This document shows, one piece after another, positions 32,570-41,641 of a stretch of 41,641 nt of DNA. Every line of letters starts with the position of its first letter. The stretch's first letter is position 1. This stretch comes from a virus (lineage: Duplodnaviria > Caudoviricetes). Below the pieces are notes generated by a model. That model ran no database searches and was not told where the DNA came from. It was given only the letters and a program-made list of their open reading frames with translations. The translations under genes were made by a program, and so were the position numbers. The DNA is taken from IMG/VR virus record IMGVR_UViG_3300031953_000043, positions 1 to 41,641 of that record; one strand, given 5' to 3'.

Positions 32570-33121
32570 TTAATTATATTTTGCCATAAAGTCCTTGGTA
32601 CGCTCGATGGTTTCAAACTTTGCCTGGATCCTTTTGTACTTGTCAAGGAAATTGCAGTAGTAGTTCAAGTCTATTTCAAGCGAACGCTCACAATGATCTT
32701 CCTCGATGGTGTCCAGATCGTGCTTTAAATTCAAGCCCCATTCGCTTAAATTATCCAGCTTATAATTGAGCTGAGTTACTGTGGAAATCTTTTGTCCCGG
32801 TATTCCATACGGAAATTGAGACGGTTTTTTAAGCAGCAGCCAGTTGAAAAATGAACCGCCAATAATATTTCCCAAGATGTTAATGCCGATTGCAATCAAC
32901 TTGTAGGTTGATCCCTGACTTTGCAGAATTTCCCGTGCGTTTTGTTTCTTCTTTCTTAGGGTTGCAAAATAAAAACCAATGGCAGCTATCGTTACTAACG
33001 GTAACAGCAACAATCCAATACTTAACAGCAGGATTCCAAGTGTAAAACGCCACACATTTGTAGCGGCTTCTTTAAGCCAGTTCCAAATTAGGATGCTTTG
33101 AGGGGGGAGGGTTGTTTTCAT
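32570..33121 (-). CDS. Membrane protein
   Basis: Two or three hydrophobic segments; start uncertain (33121 or 33145). Confidence 0.7.
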   Translation of the reverse strand: MKTTLPPQSILIWNWLKEAATNVWRFTLGILLLSIGLLLLPLVTIAAIGFYFATLRKKKQNAREILQSQGSTYKLIAIGINILGNIIGGSFFNWLLLKKPSQFPYGIPGQKISTVTQLNYKLDNLSEWGLNLKHDLDTIEEDHCERSLEIDLNYYCNFLDKYKRIQAKFETIERTKDFMAKYN

Positions 33122-33131
33122 TTTATTCTGT

Positions 33132-33515
33132 TTATTCGATGTCAATATCAGCCTCCCAATCGCTTGGAGTAGTTCCGTAATTTTCCCCGATCTCTACTTG
33201 CTGCTGCAATTCTGAAAATTCTTCCAATCTCTGCATTACATTATCATACAAATTGATATTTGAATTAAGTAAAGGCACTATTCCATTATTTTCAATCTGA
33301 ATAATCATATCCCAAGACTTAGGGGCCTTTGAACCTAAATCATCCAGTTTTACTATTCTGTCAAATTCATCTTTGTAGTAATAATATCCTTGAGGTGTAA
33401 TGGTATTCTTATTCATAAAAATACCGTCAATTATAAACCGCACAATCACATTAATAGGGGTTCTTGCCTTTGGCGGTGTTACCGAGAATTCTGTTTTTGT
33501 TCTTAGTTTTAGCAT
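33132..33515 (-). CDS. Hypothetical protein (possible fibre chaperone)
   Basis: Small ORF directly after the receptor-binding gene. Confidence 0.65.
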   Translation of the reverse strand: MLKLRTKTEFSVTPPKARTPINVIVRFIIDGIFMNKNTITPQGYYYYKDEFDRIVKLDDLGSKAPKSWDMIIQIENNGIVPLLNSNINLYDNVMQRLEEFSELQQQVEIGENYGTTPSDWEADIDIE

Positions 33516-33521
33516 AGTATT

Positions 33522-35099
33522 TTATATTAGTGATTGTCCTGATAAAAGTTTCACGGTGATATCTGAAATTTCCGGTTTTGAAAGGCATTTATTAAAAATA
33601 GGCAGTTCATTTAATATTCCGTTGAAGAAATACCCCCCTGCTGTTGGGTGTTTACCAATTATAAGAGGTGCATTTGTATTGCTCATTCTTGTGTAATTAC
33701 CTACTGTTGTTGTTGAAACTCCTACATTAACATTATTAATAACTAATTGTAGGTTTCCGTTCGCATCATGTGTGATAGCAAAGATGTAATCCTCTCCTGT
33801 TATTGGATTAAACGAGTAATTAAATTCTTTAAGAATTGAAGAAGAATTTAAGCTATACATTCTTAATGTTAAAACACCAGAAACATGTAATAATGTATAT
33901 TCTCTTACAGAAGAATTAAATTTAGAAAATAGAAGAGAAATTTGGTTCGCCGTCCATTTTATCGGTAAAATAAAACTAAAGGGCTTGTCATTTGTTCCGT
34001 CCGTAAAACTTAAGTTATCCGCATCTGGAATTGTTATAAAACTTGAAGAACCGTTAAATACGGCTGCCTGTCCTGCTAATCCTGCTGTATAAGTAATTGC
34101 CGTAGGTGTACCGTGATTTGTTCCAGCGCTATCAAGTGTATTTCCTTCCATTTTGTAGTAGGAAACAATATTAGAAGTTGGAATAGTATAAGTTGCATTT
34201 GTTTTTTGAACTACTGTGTTACTAGTGGATTTGTTATAATAAATATCTACGGGCTTCACTTCAAAAATGTAGTTAGTATCAAGGCTTAATCCTGTAATGT
34301 AATCTCCACTTGTTATTTTTTTATTGTAAATACCATTCACATATAACTCATAATAGTCAATCGCATTAAAGCTTCCTGTGGGTGGCGTAAAATTAAGCTG
34401 TACGGCTGTTCCATAAACAGTACCTACACTTAAATTATTGATAGGGCTAGGCGTTGTGTAGTTTTGAATATAACTGATTGTTGCTCCAAAGCTTCTTCCA
34501 TGAACTATATCTGGTTCTTCTGCGCCTGCATTAACCGTAGCAAATGAAGGTGGTAAATAAATAACAGCTTTTTTATCACTAGTATTTTCAAAGATTGCTT
34601 GATTAGACGTGTTATTACCTATTGTCGCTATTGAAGGAATGTAAATATTACAGCCTGAGTTTACAAAATGTCTGTCATCAGAAAAGGTTGTTAAGGAATT
34701 TAATTCTATTGCGTCAATTTCATTTAAATATGAAAATGCGTGCCTGTACGCAATAGTGGCATTCGGAATACTTATATACTTTAATTTTCCTGTAAATCTG
34801 CTTGAGTTGTGTGAAAATGCAAATTGACCTATACTTGTGATCTTTCCTTTATCAATAAAATAGGTAATATCCTCATTATCCACAAATACATAATTTGGTA
34901 GTGCATAATTAATGCTTATTGTTGCTTCAATATCATTACCAATAACAGCAAAATAAGAAATGTTTGCGCTTGAAATCCCTAGCTTAGTCGCTAAATCTTC
35001 TTTTGTTAGAATCGTACTCGCAACTCCACCTATAAAAGTATTAGGTTGAATTGCTCCACCTCGTTTTTTCCCATATTCAAATAACTGTACTGGGTTCAT
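33522..35099 (-). CDS. Putative receptor-binding protein: BspA-like LRR, FN3 and LamG domains
   Basis: ITSIGQFAF LRR units; FN3 (LNFTPP...IDYYELY...ITGLSLDTNYIFEV); LamG (YYKMEGN...AAVFNG...FNGILNEL). Confidence 0.8.
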   Translation of the reverse strand: MNPVQLFEYGKKRGGAIQPNTFIGGVASTILTKEDLATKLGISSANISYFAVIGNDIEATISINYALPNYVFVDNEDITYFIDKGKITSIGQFAFSHNSSRFTGKLKYISIPNATIAYRHAFSYLNEIDAIELNSLTTFSDDRHFVNSGCNIYIPSIATIGNNTSNQAIFENTSDKKAVIYLPPSFATVNAGAEEPDIVHGRSFGATISYIQNYTTPSPINNLSVGTVYGTAVQLNFTPPTGSFNAIDYYELYVNGIYNKKITSGDYITGLSLDTNYIFEVKPVDIYYNKSTSNTVVQKTNATYTIPTSNIVSYYKMEGNTLDSAGTNHGTPTAITYTAGLAGQAAVFNGSSSFITIPDADNLSFTDGTNDKPFSFILPIKWTANQISLLFSKFNSSVREYTLLHVSGVLTLRMYSLNSSSILKEFNYSFNPITGEDYIFAITHDANGNLQLVINNVNVGVSTTTVGNYTRMSNTNAPLIIGKHPTAGGYFFNGILNELPIFNKCLSKPEISDITVKLLSGQSLI

Positions 35100-35100
35100 A

Positions 35101-36471
35101 CTATACCGCGTTTGAAATTCGTATTGATACAACTGTACCCACCACTGAAACCGTTGCGGTACTTCCTATTGCTCCGTTCATTACATTTGTTCCATCAACA
35201 TCTCGCCTTGTTTTCCCTGCGCTTGCTAAAAACGTAATCGCTCCTGTACCTTCTTTTTGAAATGAATACACTCCGTTTGCTGTTGCTCCTGCTGTGATAT
35301 TTATTGCGTTAGTTCCGTTTTGCACTAATACATTTTTACCGTTTTGGGAATATCCTCCATCGCTTAATGCTTCTGTATTAAAAGAAACCGTGGTTGTTTT
35401 TGTTACTTGTGGGGGTTCTGATATCTTGGCTAAAAGCGCTATTCTTTCTGCTGCACTTAAATTGACTGCTACATTAGCAAGGCGAACATCTGCTCCCGCA
35501 GGAGCTTCTAAACTGGCCAACCATTCTGCTTCAGTACCCGCAAATCCATTTGCAACGGCTACTTCATAAGCAGACTTTCCTTCTACACCTTCTATGCTGG
35601 CAATCCATTCTGCTTCTGTGCCCTGAAAACCATTTGCAACGGCTACTTCATAAGCTGAAATGCCGGGATCTCCGGGAGTTCCTTCCAGGCTTAAGAGCCA
35701 GTCAGCTTCCGTGCCAACGAAACCATTAGCTACAGCAACTTCATACGCTGAAATGCCGGGATCTCCGGGAGCGCCTTCCAAACTTAAAAGCCATTCGGCT
35801 TCAGTTCCTGAAAATCCATTTTCTACTGCAACTTCATAGGCTGATTTTCCTTCAATTCCCTGAACGCTCGCGATCCATTCTGCTTCGGTACCCTCAAATC
35901 CGGTATCGACCGCACTTTGATACGCTGATTTCCCAACCAAAGTGGCCAGCCATTCAACTTCGGTTCCTGCAAAGCCAAAAGCCACTGCGACCTGGTAGGC
36001 ATCGAGTCCGTTGGTGCCGTCTTTTCCGAAGGGTTTGTAACCGCCATCATAATATAAGTAGAGGATCTTCTCATCCTTGACCACGTAAAACACTCCTTCT
36101 ATTCCGGGATCTGGCCGGTTGGCTTTGGTGGTGTAAAATTGTATGGGGGCAATGTTGGTATTTATACTCCAGGATCCATTGGCAAAGGTGGCTATGGTCT
36201 TTGGGTTTCCTGCGCCAGGATCTATTACCGCCCAGCCGTTTTCTTCGGCAACCGGGAAGGCAGCCTGCAGAATGGCAAGGCTTTCAAAGAGGCCGTAATA
36301 TTGTGCTTCTTCTGTGCTTCGGGAATTCTCGTCTATCTTATTGGCGTGGTCCACAAGGATTTGCCCGATCTCCTGAAAATCTTCTGCTGTAGCTTCTGTA
36401 ATCCTGTTGATGGACGGGTTTACATTTTGCTTTCCGGTGATTTCTACTGAGGGTATTTGAGCGTTTGCCAT
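35101..36471 (-). CDS. Tail fibre protein with GKSAY...GTEAEW repeats
   Basis: Six GxSAY(E/Q)xAVxxGFxGTExEW repeats with short collagen-like linkers. Confidence 0.8.
   Translation of the reverse strand: MANAQIPSVEITGKQNVNPSINRITEATAEDFQEIGQILVDHANKIDENSRSTEEAQYYGLFESLAILQAAFPVAEENGWAVIDPGAGNPKTIATFANGSWSINTNIAPIQFYTTKANRPDPGIEGVFYVVKDEKILYLYYDGGYKPFGKDGTNGLDAYQVAVAFGFAGTEVEWLATLVGKSAYQSAVDTGFEGTEAEWIASVQGIEGKSAYEVAVENGFSGTEAEWLLSLEGAPGDPGISAYEVAVANGFVGTEADWLLSLEGTPGDPGISAYEVAVANGFQGTEAEWIASIEGVEGKSAYEVAVANGFAGTEAEWLASLEAPAGADVRLANVAVNLSAAERIALLAKISEPPQVTKTTTVSFNTEALSDGGYSQNGKNVLVQNGTNAINITAGATANGVYSFQKEGTGAITFLASAGKTRRDVDGTNVMNGAIGSTATVSVVGTVVSIRISNAV
35506..36009 (-). repeat. Six intragenic repeats of 25-31 codons
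   Basis: Visible in the protein and in DNA (e.g. duplicated GCTGAAATGCCGGGATCTCCGGGAG). Confidence 0.9.
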
Positions 36472-36491
36472 TGATATTTTATGTTATAATT

Positions 36492-36527
36492 CAAAATTGG
36501 GTATTATCCCTTCTCAAAAAAAGGACA
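36492..36527 (-). promoter_or_regulatory. Putative late promoter (fibre operon)
   Basis: TGTCC-T7-N16-CAATTTTG. Confidence 0.75.
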
Positions 36528-36529
36528 GC

Positions 36530-37465
36530 TTAAAAGCTTACGGTTGATGTGGTGTTGTGGGCTGGATTGGGTGTGCTGATAGCTGTTTTTAGGGCGAACT
36601 CTGCAAATATTTCCGGGTTCTCATTGAGGTGCAACAGCAGTTTTTTCATATACTCATTCGCATCGTTCTGTTTTGCCAGGTGAAAGTTGTAGAGCTCCTT
36701 TTCTGTGAGCCTGCCGTATTTCTCACCGGGCAATTCCTCGCTGGTGATCACGAGTCCGTTTGGCGTTACCGCAAAAGCGCCTTCATAGGCGAGTTCAGAA
36801 AGGCAAAAGGCTACCTGTGCAGCCTGGCAATATCGCAATGCCTTTTTGGTGATCTCTGTGGAAGCGGCCTTTATAATAGTAACCGTCTCATCTCCCAACA
36901 ATGCATCAAAAAATTTATCTTCCACCTTTAAGAGGTGCGGCTTTAGCTTGAGGAATGTGAGACGGCTGTTTTCTATGTTGTAATATTTCTGGAAATCCTG
37001 GGTCTTACGGACAAAGAATTCTTTAAAATCTGTATATCCTGAGGATGTTGTCCAGGTAGGGAAATCTGCCGCATTGGCTTCCATGATCTCCAAAGCTTCA
37101 TCGATGGCCTGGGTGCCGGACTGCAGGAGTTTTCTCCTGAGATCCTTTTTCTCTCCCCATCCTGCCGGGATGGTGTTGGCGTTGGAATTTATATGAAACC
37201 CCTTATCGCTTATCTGGATCACGCCCACGTGGCTGTAATTGAGCATCGCAAGGTTGGAAGAGGCTTCTTCCATTAACTTAAAAACTTCCAGAGGTTTTCC
37301 GGTGGTTGGAGCGGCTGCAGACCAGGCTGCATATAATTCTGCTCCCAAAACGGGTTTTAAATGTTTGCGTTCCTGGGTTTTTATGTACGGAAGGATGAGT
37401 TCAAAGTCGAAATTGAAGCCGCAGGTGACGTGTTTCTTGAAGGTGATGATGTCTTTTACTATCAT
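36530..37465 (-). CDS. Putative head-tail adaptor (DUF6712-like, two-repeat protein)
   Basis: Internal duplication (ILPYI...LKPVLG / LKPHL...FDALLG); near the portal gene. Confidence 0.6.
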   Translation of the reverse strand: MIVKDIITFKKHVTCGFNFDFELILPYIKTQERKHLKPVLGAELYAAWSAAAPTTGKPLEVFKLMEEASSNLAMLNYSHVGVIQISDKGFHINSNANTIPAGWGEKKDLRRKLLQSGTQAIDEALEIMEANAADFPTWTTSSGYTDFKEFFVRKTQDFQKYYNIENSRLTFLKLKPHLLKVEDKFFDALLGDETVTIIKAASTEITKKALRYCQAAQVAFCLSELAYEGAFAVTPNGLVITSEELPGEKYGRLTEKELYNFHLAKQNDANEYMKKLLLHLNENPEIFAEFALKTAISTPNPAHNTTSTVSF

Positions 37466-37531
37466 GATAGTATTGAGATTTTAGTATTGAGTATTGAGAT
37501 TTTTATCTTTAGATGAACTTTCAGATAACCA

Positions 37532-37717
37532 TTAGTAAATAATTATAAGCACCCATAGATCTACAATTCTTATCTCGGAAAAAGGGGTTTCAAACCATTT
37601 ATTTATAAAGTTCTGAGGGTAGAAATGAAAAAATATTATTAATGAAATTATAATTATAGCAACAATAATTCGGCTCATTGTTTTGGTCTTCCAGTTGATT
37701 TTTACAGTATTTCTCAT
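37532..37717 (-). CDS. Small AT-rich membrane protein
   Basis: Hydrophobic helix; start 37717 or 37678. Confidence 0.5.
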   Translation of the reverse strand: MRNTVKINWKTKTMSRIIVAIIIISLIIFFHFYPQNFINKWFETPFSEIRIVDLWVLIIIY

Positions 37718-37718
37718 A

Positions 37719-39062
37719 TCAAAATTTGTTTTCTGTTCCTGTTGGATTCTTATCCAATGTTGTGAGCTCTGTTACTGCGAAATCACCTTCAAGGTCTTCG
37801 GGCCATTCGTTGTAATCCCGTAGCAGTCGCCACATTTCGAGGGTGGTTTCTCTTTTGGTCTTGAAAAGGGAATTCAGGATGCTGAAGGCTTCTCGTTTAT
37901 CGCTTCCGGATCCTCCGTTCAGTTTTCCTCCTGGTATCCCCACACCCATAAGGTTAGGATCTACGCCAATGGCGCTCATAATTTCAGAGTTTCCGGCAGA
38001 GGAATCCAGCAGGCCTTTTCCTTCAGATGAATTTTCATCCTTCAATGGAACTACTTCAATTCCTTTTACCCAATTTCCGTCCCGGTCTTTGAATACCGTT
38101 GACTGAATTGATTTTCCGGCGTTCTTATTTCCGGCCAAATGAGAGTCAATAGCATCTGTCAACGCGGTTCGGATTTCTTTTTTCTTCTCTGGCGTGTATT
38201 TTTCCCATTCATTGAGATAGGTCCTGAGGAAGTATTCTTCAGAGATATAAACCATATATTTCACATTCAACTGATTTTCAGAAAAATGCTTTTTGTACTG
38301 CGGAATGGCATTCACGACGTCCATCCAGCCGTTCCGGTAAACCGAATGATGTTCCGGTTCCGGATAGTAGGTCTCATCGATGAGCGGATAAAAGATGGGC
38401 ATTGTGAATTTATGAATCTTGTTTTTCTTGCAATATTCCTTCACCTGAGACGCGCTGCAATAACTGTCTATGGTGTGTATTTCCTGCACGAATTCGGAAT
38501 CTGGTTTCATTGCAGTTGTCCAGTTATGGCAGAAATAGGCTTTTTCAATAAGTCCTGTTTTTGGATTTATGGTGGCATAGCGCATTTTGGCGGTTTGCAA
38601 GCGCCTAACGCTCACAATTCGGTTGTAATCGTTGGAGAGGATATACTCCGGAAATCCAAGGTTCCAGTGTTCAAGATCTGCAATTACCTCGGTGAAAACC
38701 CGATGCATCCGGGTTTCTTTAAAAAACGTATGAATTTCCTTATTGGAGGCCAAAGGCACCAGTTTTCGGTCTTCCTTGCCATCATCGGTACTATCTACGC
38801 GGAAAATCTTAAAACCCTGCCCGTAATGTGCGGCCTTGTTAAAGCGATAACTGGAACCACCGGCGCCGTTCAGCTTTAAAACCTTCATAAAATTTTGCGG
38901 ATAGAGATTGTCTTCTCCCCACTGGGCGATATTGGAGCTGGCATTTACAGGCTCTTCCTTTACCTTGATGTGGGAGTGGGATTCCTTGGAGTCTATGCGG
39001 AAAGCAGCATTCGCTCCCAGGCCAAAGCTTAAATGTTCGTTTTGATGGATTATTTGAGTCAT
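37719..39062 (-). CDS. Portal protein
   Basis: 447 aa; WGEDNLYP, YYPEP, LAGNKNAGK, IMSAIGVDPNLMG, GSGSDKREA motifs typical of Bacteroidetes phage portals. Confidence 0.85.
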   Translation of the reverse strand: MTQIIHQNEHLSFGLGANAAFRIDSKESHSHIKVKEEPVNASSNIAQWGEDNLYPQNFMKVLKLNGAGGSSYRFNKAAHYGQGFKIFRVDSTDDGKEDRKLVPLASNKEIHTFFKETRMHRVFTEVIADLEHWNLGFPEYILSNDYNRIVSVRRLQTAKMRYATINPKTGLIEKAYFCHNWTTAMKPDSEFVQEIHTIDSYCSASQVKEYCKKNKIHKFTMPIFYPLIDETYYPEPEHHSVYRNGWMDVVNAIPQYKKHFSENQLNVKYMVYISEEYFLRTYLNEWEKYTPEKKKEIRTALTDAIDSHLAGNKNAGKSIQSTVFKDRDGNWVKGIEVVPLKDENSSEGKGLLDSSAGNSEIMSAIGVDPNLMGVGIPGGKLNGGSGSDKREAFSILNSLFKTKRETTLEMWRLLRDYNEWPEDLEGDFAVTELTTLDKNPTGTENKF

Positions 39063-39418
39063 TAGTAGATCACGTTTAGATCGTTGAAAGTGATGATATG
39101 GTTGATGTGTATTTTCTTGATTTCGGAGTTTTCGAGTCGGATATTCCGGGTTTTGTTCTGAAAATGCTGCGGGTTTTTTCTGAAAGCGACTTCTTTTTTT
39201 TCTGAAGATTTGAAGTTTTTAAGCGCATAGATGCTGTTTTTGTCCAGCGGCTTTTCCTTCATCACGAGTTTAGCATCTTTATATACCTTCAGTTTACCGC
39301 CTGTTTTTGAATTTTTATTCAGGCTGCGAATGGAAATGTCAAATTTTATGGCACGGCCTTCTTCATTTGGCGTGCGCATAATTTTAAGGACCTCAGTTAA
39401 ATAGATGGTTTCTGCCAT
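39062..39418 (-). CDS. Hypothetical protein upstream of the portal
   Basis: NPQHFQNKTRNI motif; TAATG-coupled to the portal gene. Confidence 0.75.
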   Translation of the reverse strand: MAETIYLTEVLKIMRTPNEEGRAIKFDISIRSLNKNSKTGGKLKVYKDAKLVMKEKPLDKNSIYALKNFKSSEKKEVAFRKNPQHFQNKTRNIRLENSEIKKIHINHIITFNDLNVIY

Positions 39419-39422
39419 AATT

Positions 39423-39458
39423 CAAATTTGAGGGATGAAAAGAGGTAAAAAAAGGACA
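39423..39458 (-). promoter_or_regulatory. Putative late promoter (portal operon)
   Basis: TGTCC-T7-N16-CAAATTTG. Confidence 0.75.
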
Positions 39459-39468
39459 GGCCGCCTTA

Positions 39469-39504
39469 TGTCCTTTTTTGGCAGTTATGGAAGACAGAAT
39501 TTAG
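39469..39504 (+). promoter_or_regulatory. Putative late promoter (terminase operon)
   Basis: TGTCC-T6-N17-GAATTTAG, back-to-back with the portal promoter. Confidence 0.7.
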
Positions 39505-39521
39505 CTTGAAAACCCCGAATA

Positions 39522-40085
39522 TTGGCACTTATAGCAAAAAACGATACCCATTTTGAAAACATACTCGCATCCTATCTAAATGAGGGCAGTGTGGAGCTTT
39601 CCAAATTTGAAGAGGAGATGAAGGCGCGTATAAAGACTTCTTTTTCGCTCCTGCTTAATTTTCATAGCAGGGAGCAGGCCGCGAGCGTGCTTCAGCAGCA
39701 ATTCGATATTTCACAGGCCACCGCTTACCGGGATATTGGAAGGGCGCTGCGTATTTATGGCGACATCAACAAAGCCAGCAAGGAAGGAATGCGGTATATC
39801 ATTTTTGAATATAATCAGAAACTCCTGCAGCTCGCTACCAAGGAAAAGAACCTGGAGCAGATGGGACGGTCCCTGGACAGGATGATAAAACTTGCCGAAC
39901 TGGATAAAGAGGATAGTATCGTTAACCTGGAGAAGCTCGCCAATCTGGATATCACTATCAACATTTCAAAAGGCTCTGAAAAGCAGCTGAAGGAAATGAG
40001 CAAGAAAGGGGTTGTAGATCTCAATAATTGGGAGTACCAGGATGCCGAATGGGAAGAAGTAAAAGAGGAGCGTGATGAAGAATAA
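39522..40085 (+). CDS. Terminase small subunit (putative)
   Basis: HTH (QQQFDISQATAYRDI), helical, directly upstream of and overlapping the large subunit. Confidence 0.7.
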   Translation: MALIAKNDTHFENILASYLNEGSVELSKFEEEMKARIKTSFSLLLNFHSREQAASVLQQQFDISQATAYRDIGRALRIYGDINKASKEGMRYIIFEYNQKLLQLATKEKNLEQMGRSLDRMIKLAELDKEDSIVNLEKLANLDITINISKGSEKQLKEMSKKGVVDLNNWEYQDAEWEEVKEERDEE

Positions 40086-41583
40086 CAGAAAGGATGTCAC
40101 GCTGAATGTGGCACAACTGATTTCCTCCATGGCGCCACAGAAGCAGAAGTTTTTGGAGTGGGGCCGTGGTGCCGGGAAAACCACCTATTTAGGCTTTGAT
40201 GCGCTGCAATTGGTGAAACAGATGCCCAGGGCATCATTTGCCATGGTAGGATCTACCTATTCACAAATCCTATCCAAATTTATGCCCGCCATTAAGGAGG
40301 GCCTTGAATTGTTCGGAATTCACGAGAATGTTGATTATGTGGTAGGAAGTTCTGCAGGGAAACGTATGGGATTCCAGCTGCCGTTTCAGTCGCCGGATAC
40401 ATTCAATAATATCTGGCATTGGAGCAATGGCTGCATCTTTCAGTTCGTGAGTTTGGATCATAAAGATAGTGGCCGGGGTTTGAACGCATTTGCTATTCGC
40501 GGTGATGAAGCCGCGCTCCTGGATAATGAGAAGCTGGCCGTGAACGTGCGAGTGACAAACCGGGCAAAGAAGGAAATCTTTAGGAAGGCGCCATTGTTGA
40601 ACTCAGAGGTCTTCACTTCTTCTACTCCACTTACCAAGAAAGGGAAGTGGTTCATCGATATGGAGGAGGAGGCTAGGAAGGATCCTGATGGGATCCTATT
40701 CCTTAAGGCCACCGCAAAGGTGAATATGCAGAACCTTAGACCAGACTACTTTGAGTCGATGCGGAAGGTGTTCACTAATGATATGCAATACGATGCCGAG
40801 ATGCTGAACATCAGGCCAAAAGAGATCACCGATGGGTTCTATGCGCAACTGACTGCTGACCATTACTACACCGACTATGATAACGGCTTCCTGGAAGGCT
40901 TACCTCTGAAGGATCTGGATGGCAGGTCATTCAACTGTAAGCAGGATCTTGACCTGCAGAAGGGTAAGCCGCTGATAATGTCGGTGGATTGGGGGGCTAA
41001 TATCAATGCTATGACGATATCGCAGCAGAATGAGGATGCGTATAAGGTACTGAAGGAGTTCTTTGTTAAGAGTCCGAAGATCCTGGACCACTTATTCCTT
41101 GAGGAGTTCCTTCCTTACTATGCGCCGCACAACTGCAAGGAGGTTTACTTCTACTATGACCGGACAGGTAACAACCGCACAGCCAATTCAAAGATGACCT
41201 TTGCAGACCAGGCGAGGGATATCCTGATGAAGAACGGATGGACAGTGTACAACATGACCACAGGTGTGAATCCAAGTTATATGGATAAGTTCAGACTGAT
41301 CAACGTTGCACTGAGGGAAGATGGTAAGATGAAAGGGTTGCCGAAGATCCGGATTAACCAGGCCAATTGTCCTAACCTGATCATCTCAATGGAACACGCA
41401 GAAGTTTATGACCGAGGCAAGGGACTGGAAAAAGATAAGCGAAGCGAGCGAAGGAAGGGAGTGGACCAGGAACATGCCACGCACCTGAGTGATACGTTTG
41501 ACTATCCATTCTTTGAACTCTTCTGGGACAAATTCAATGGATCATCCGTGAGTGCCGAAGACCTGCCAATCGCCACGTTCTAG
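40072..41583 (+). CDS. Terminase large subunit
   Basis: Walker A WGRGAGKT, Walker B IRGDEAA, TSSTP coupling motif, RNase H-like SVDWG and HLSDTFDY. Confidence 0.92.
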   Translation: MMKNNRKDVTLNVAQLISSMAPQKQKFLEWGRGAGKTTYLGFDALQLVKQMPRASFAMVGSTYSQILSKFMPAIKEGLELFGIHENVDYVVGSSAGKRMGFQLPFQSPDTFNNIWHWSNGCIFQFVSLDHKDSGRGLNAFAIRGDEAALLDNEKLAVNVRVTNRAKKEIFRKAPLLNSEVFTSSTPLTKKGKWFIDMEEEARKDPDGILFLKATAKVNMQNLRPDYFESMRKVFTNDMQYDAEMLNIRPKEITDGFYAQLTADHYYTDYDNGFLEGLPLKDLDGRSFNCKQDLDLQKGKPLIMSVDWGANINAMTISQQNEDAYKVLKEFFVKSPKILDHLFLEEFLPYYAPHNCKEVYFYYDRTGNNRTANSKMTFADQARDILMKNGWTVYNMTTGVNPSYMDKFRLINVALREDGKMKGLPKIRINQANCPNLIISMEHAEVYDRGKGLEKDKRSERRKGVDQEHATHLSDTFDYPFFELFWDKFNGSSVSAEDLPIATF

Positions 41584-41641
41584 CAGGAGTCAATTCATAT
41601 TTGCATAGAATTATCAAATGGAAATAGTCATATCGTTATAG

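Larger units (their letters stand above)
1..41641. mobile_element. Temperate tailed bacteriophage genome (Bacteroidetes/Flavobacteriaceae host), excised or virion form
   Basis: Contains terminase, portal, protease, capsid, tape measure, endolysin, repressor and integrase genes, an intact internal attP, and no host housekeeping genes. Confidence 0.95.

Noticed and set aside
32426-32728. 100-aa + strand ORF
   Set aside because: It spans the late promoter, direct repeats, REP-like element and the antisense of a real gene.
33522-35099. Diversity-generating retroelement target
   Set aside because: No reverse transcriptase gene and no template/variable repeat pair differing at adenines is visible.
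37468-37503. Short AGTATTGAG tandem repeats
   Set aside because: Three imperfect copies in an intergenic gap; no function can be supported.
38139-38879. Long antisense ORFs in the track (this one and similar ones opposite structural genes)
   Set aside because: They are shadows of well-supported genes on the other strand, with no motifs or start context.

Overview
The window reads as an essentially complete ~41.6 kb temperate tailed-phage genome of a Bacteroidetes host, most likely Flavobacteriaceae (inferred from TAnnTTTG promoters, A-rich translation starts, BACON/BspA domains and REP-like elements). It is in the excised or virion form: an intact attP carrying the 3' half of tRNA-Leu(TAA) sits beside the tyrosine integrase at ~18.1 kb, and the window ends fall just downstream of the terminase genes. 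Modules in order: ParB-like/DNA methyltransferase; head genes (S49 protease-scaffold, major capsid, likely tail tube); a candidate late activator; an early/replication operon with an initiator tRNA-Met; a cro/cI-like switch; the integrase followed by a STAS/HATPase-STAS-membrane moron; tail, lysis and receptor-binding genes; portal; and divergently transcribed terminase subunits. The main non-obvious signals are four. (1) An integron-like array of small gene cassettes separated by attC-like palindromes at the end of the early operon (8.5-9.9 kb), with junction complementarity suggesting site-specific insertion but no integron integrase in the genome. (2) A regulon of seven TGTCC-T-run/-7-like elements with identical spacing in front of the structural operons and the tRNA/replication genes. 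(3) A switch-like RNA leader that sequesters the methyltransferase start codon. (4) A candidate partner-switching or defence moron. All functional calls come from motif recognition only; no database searches were run.
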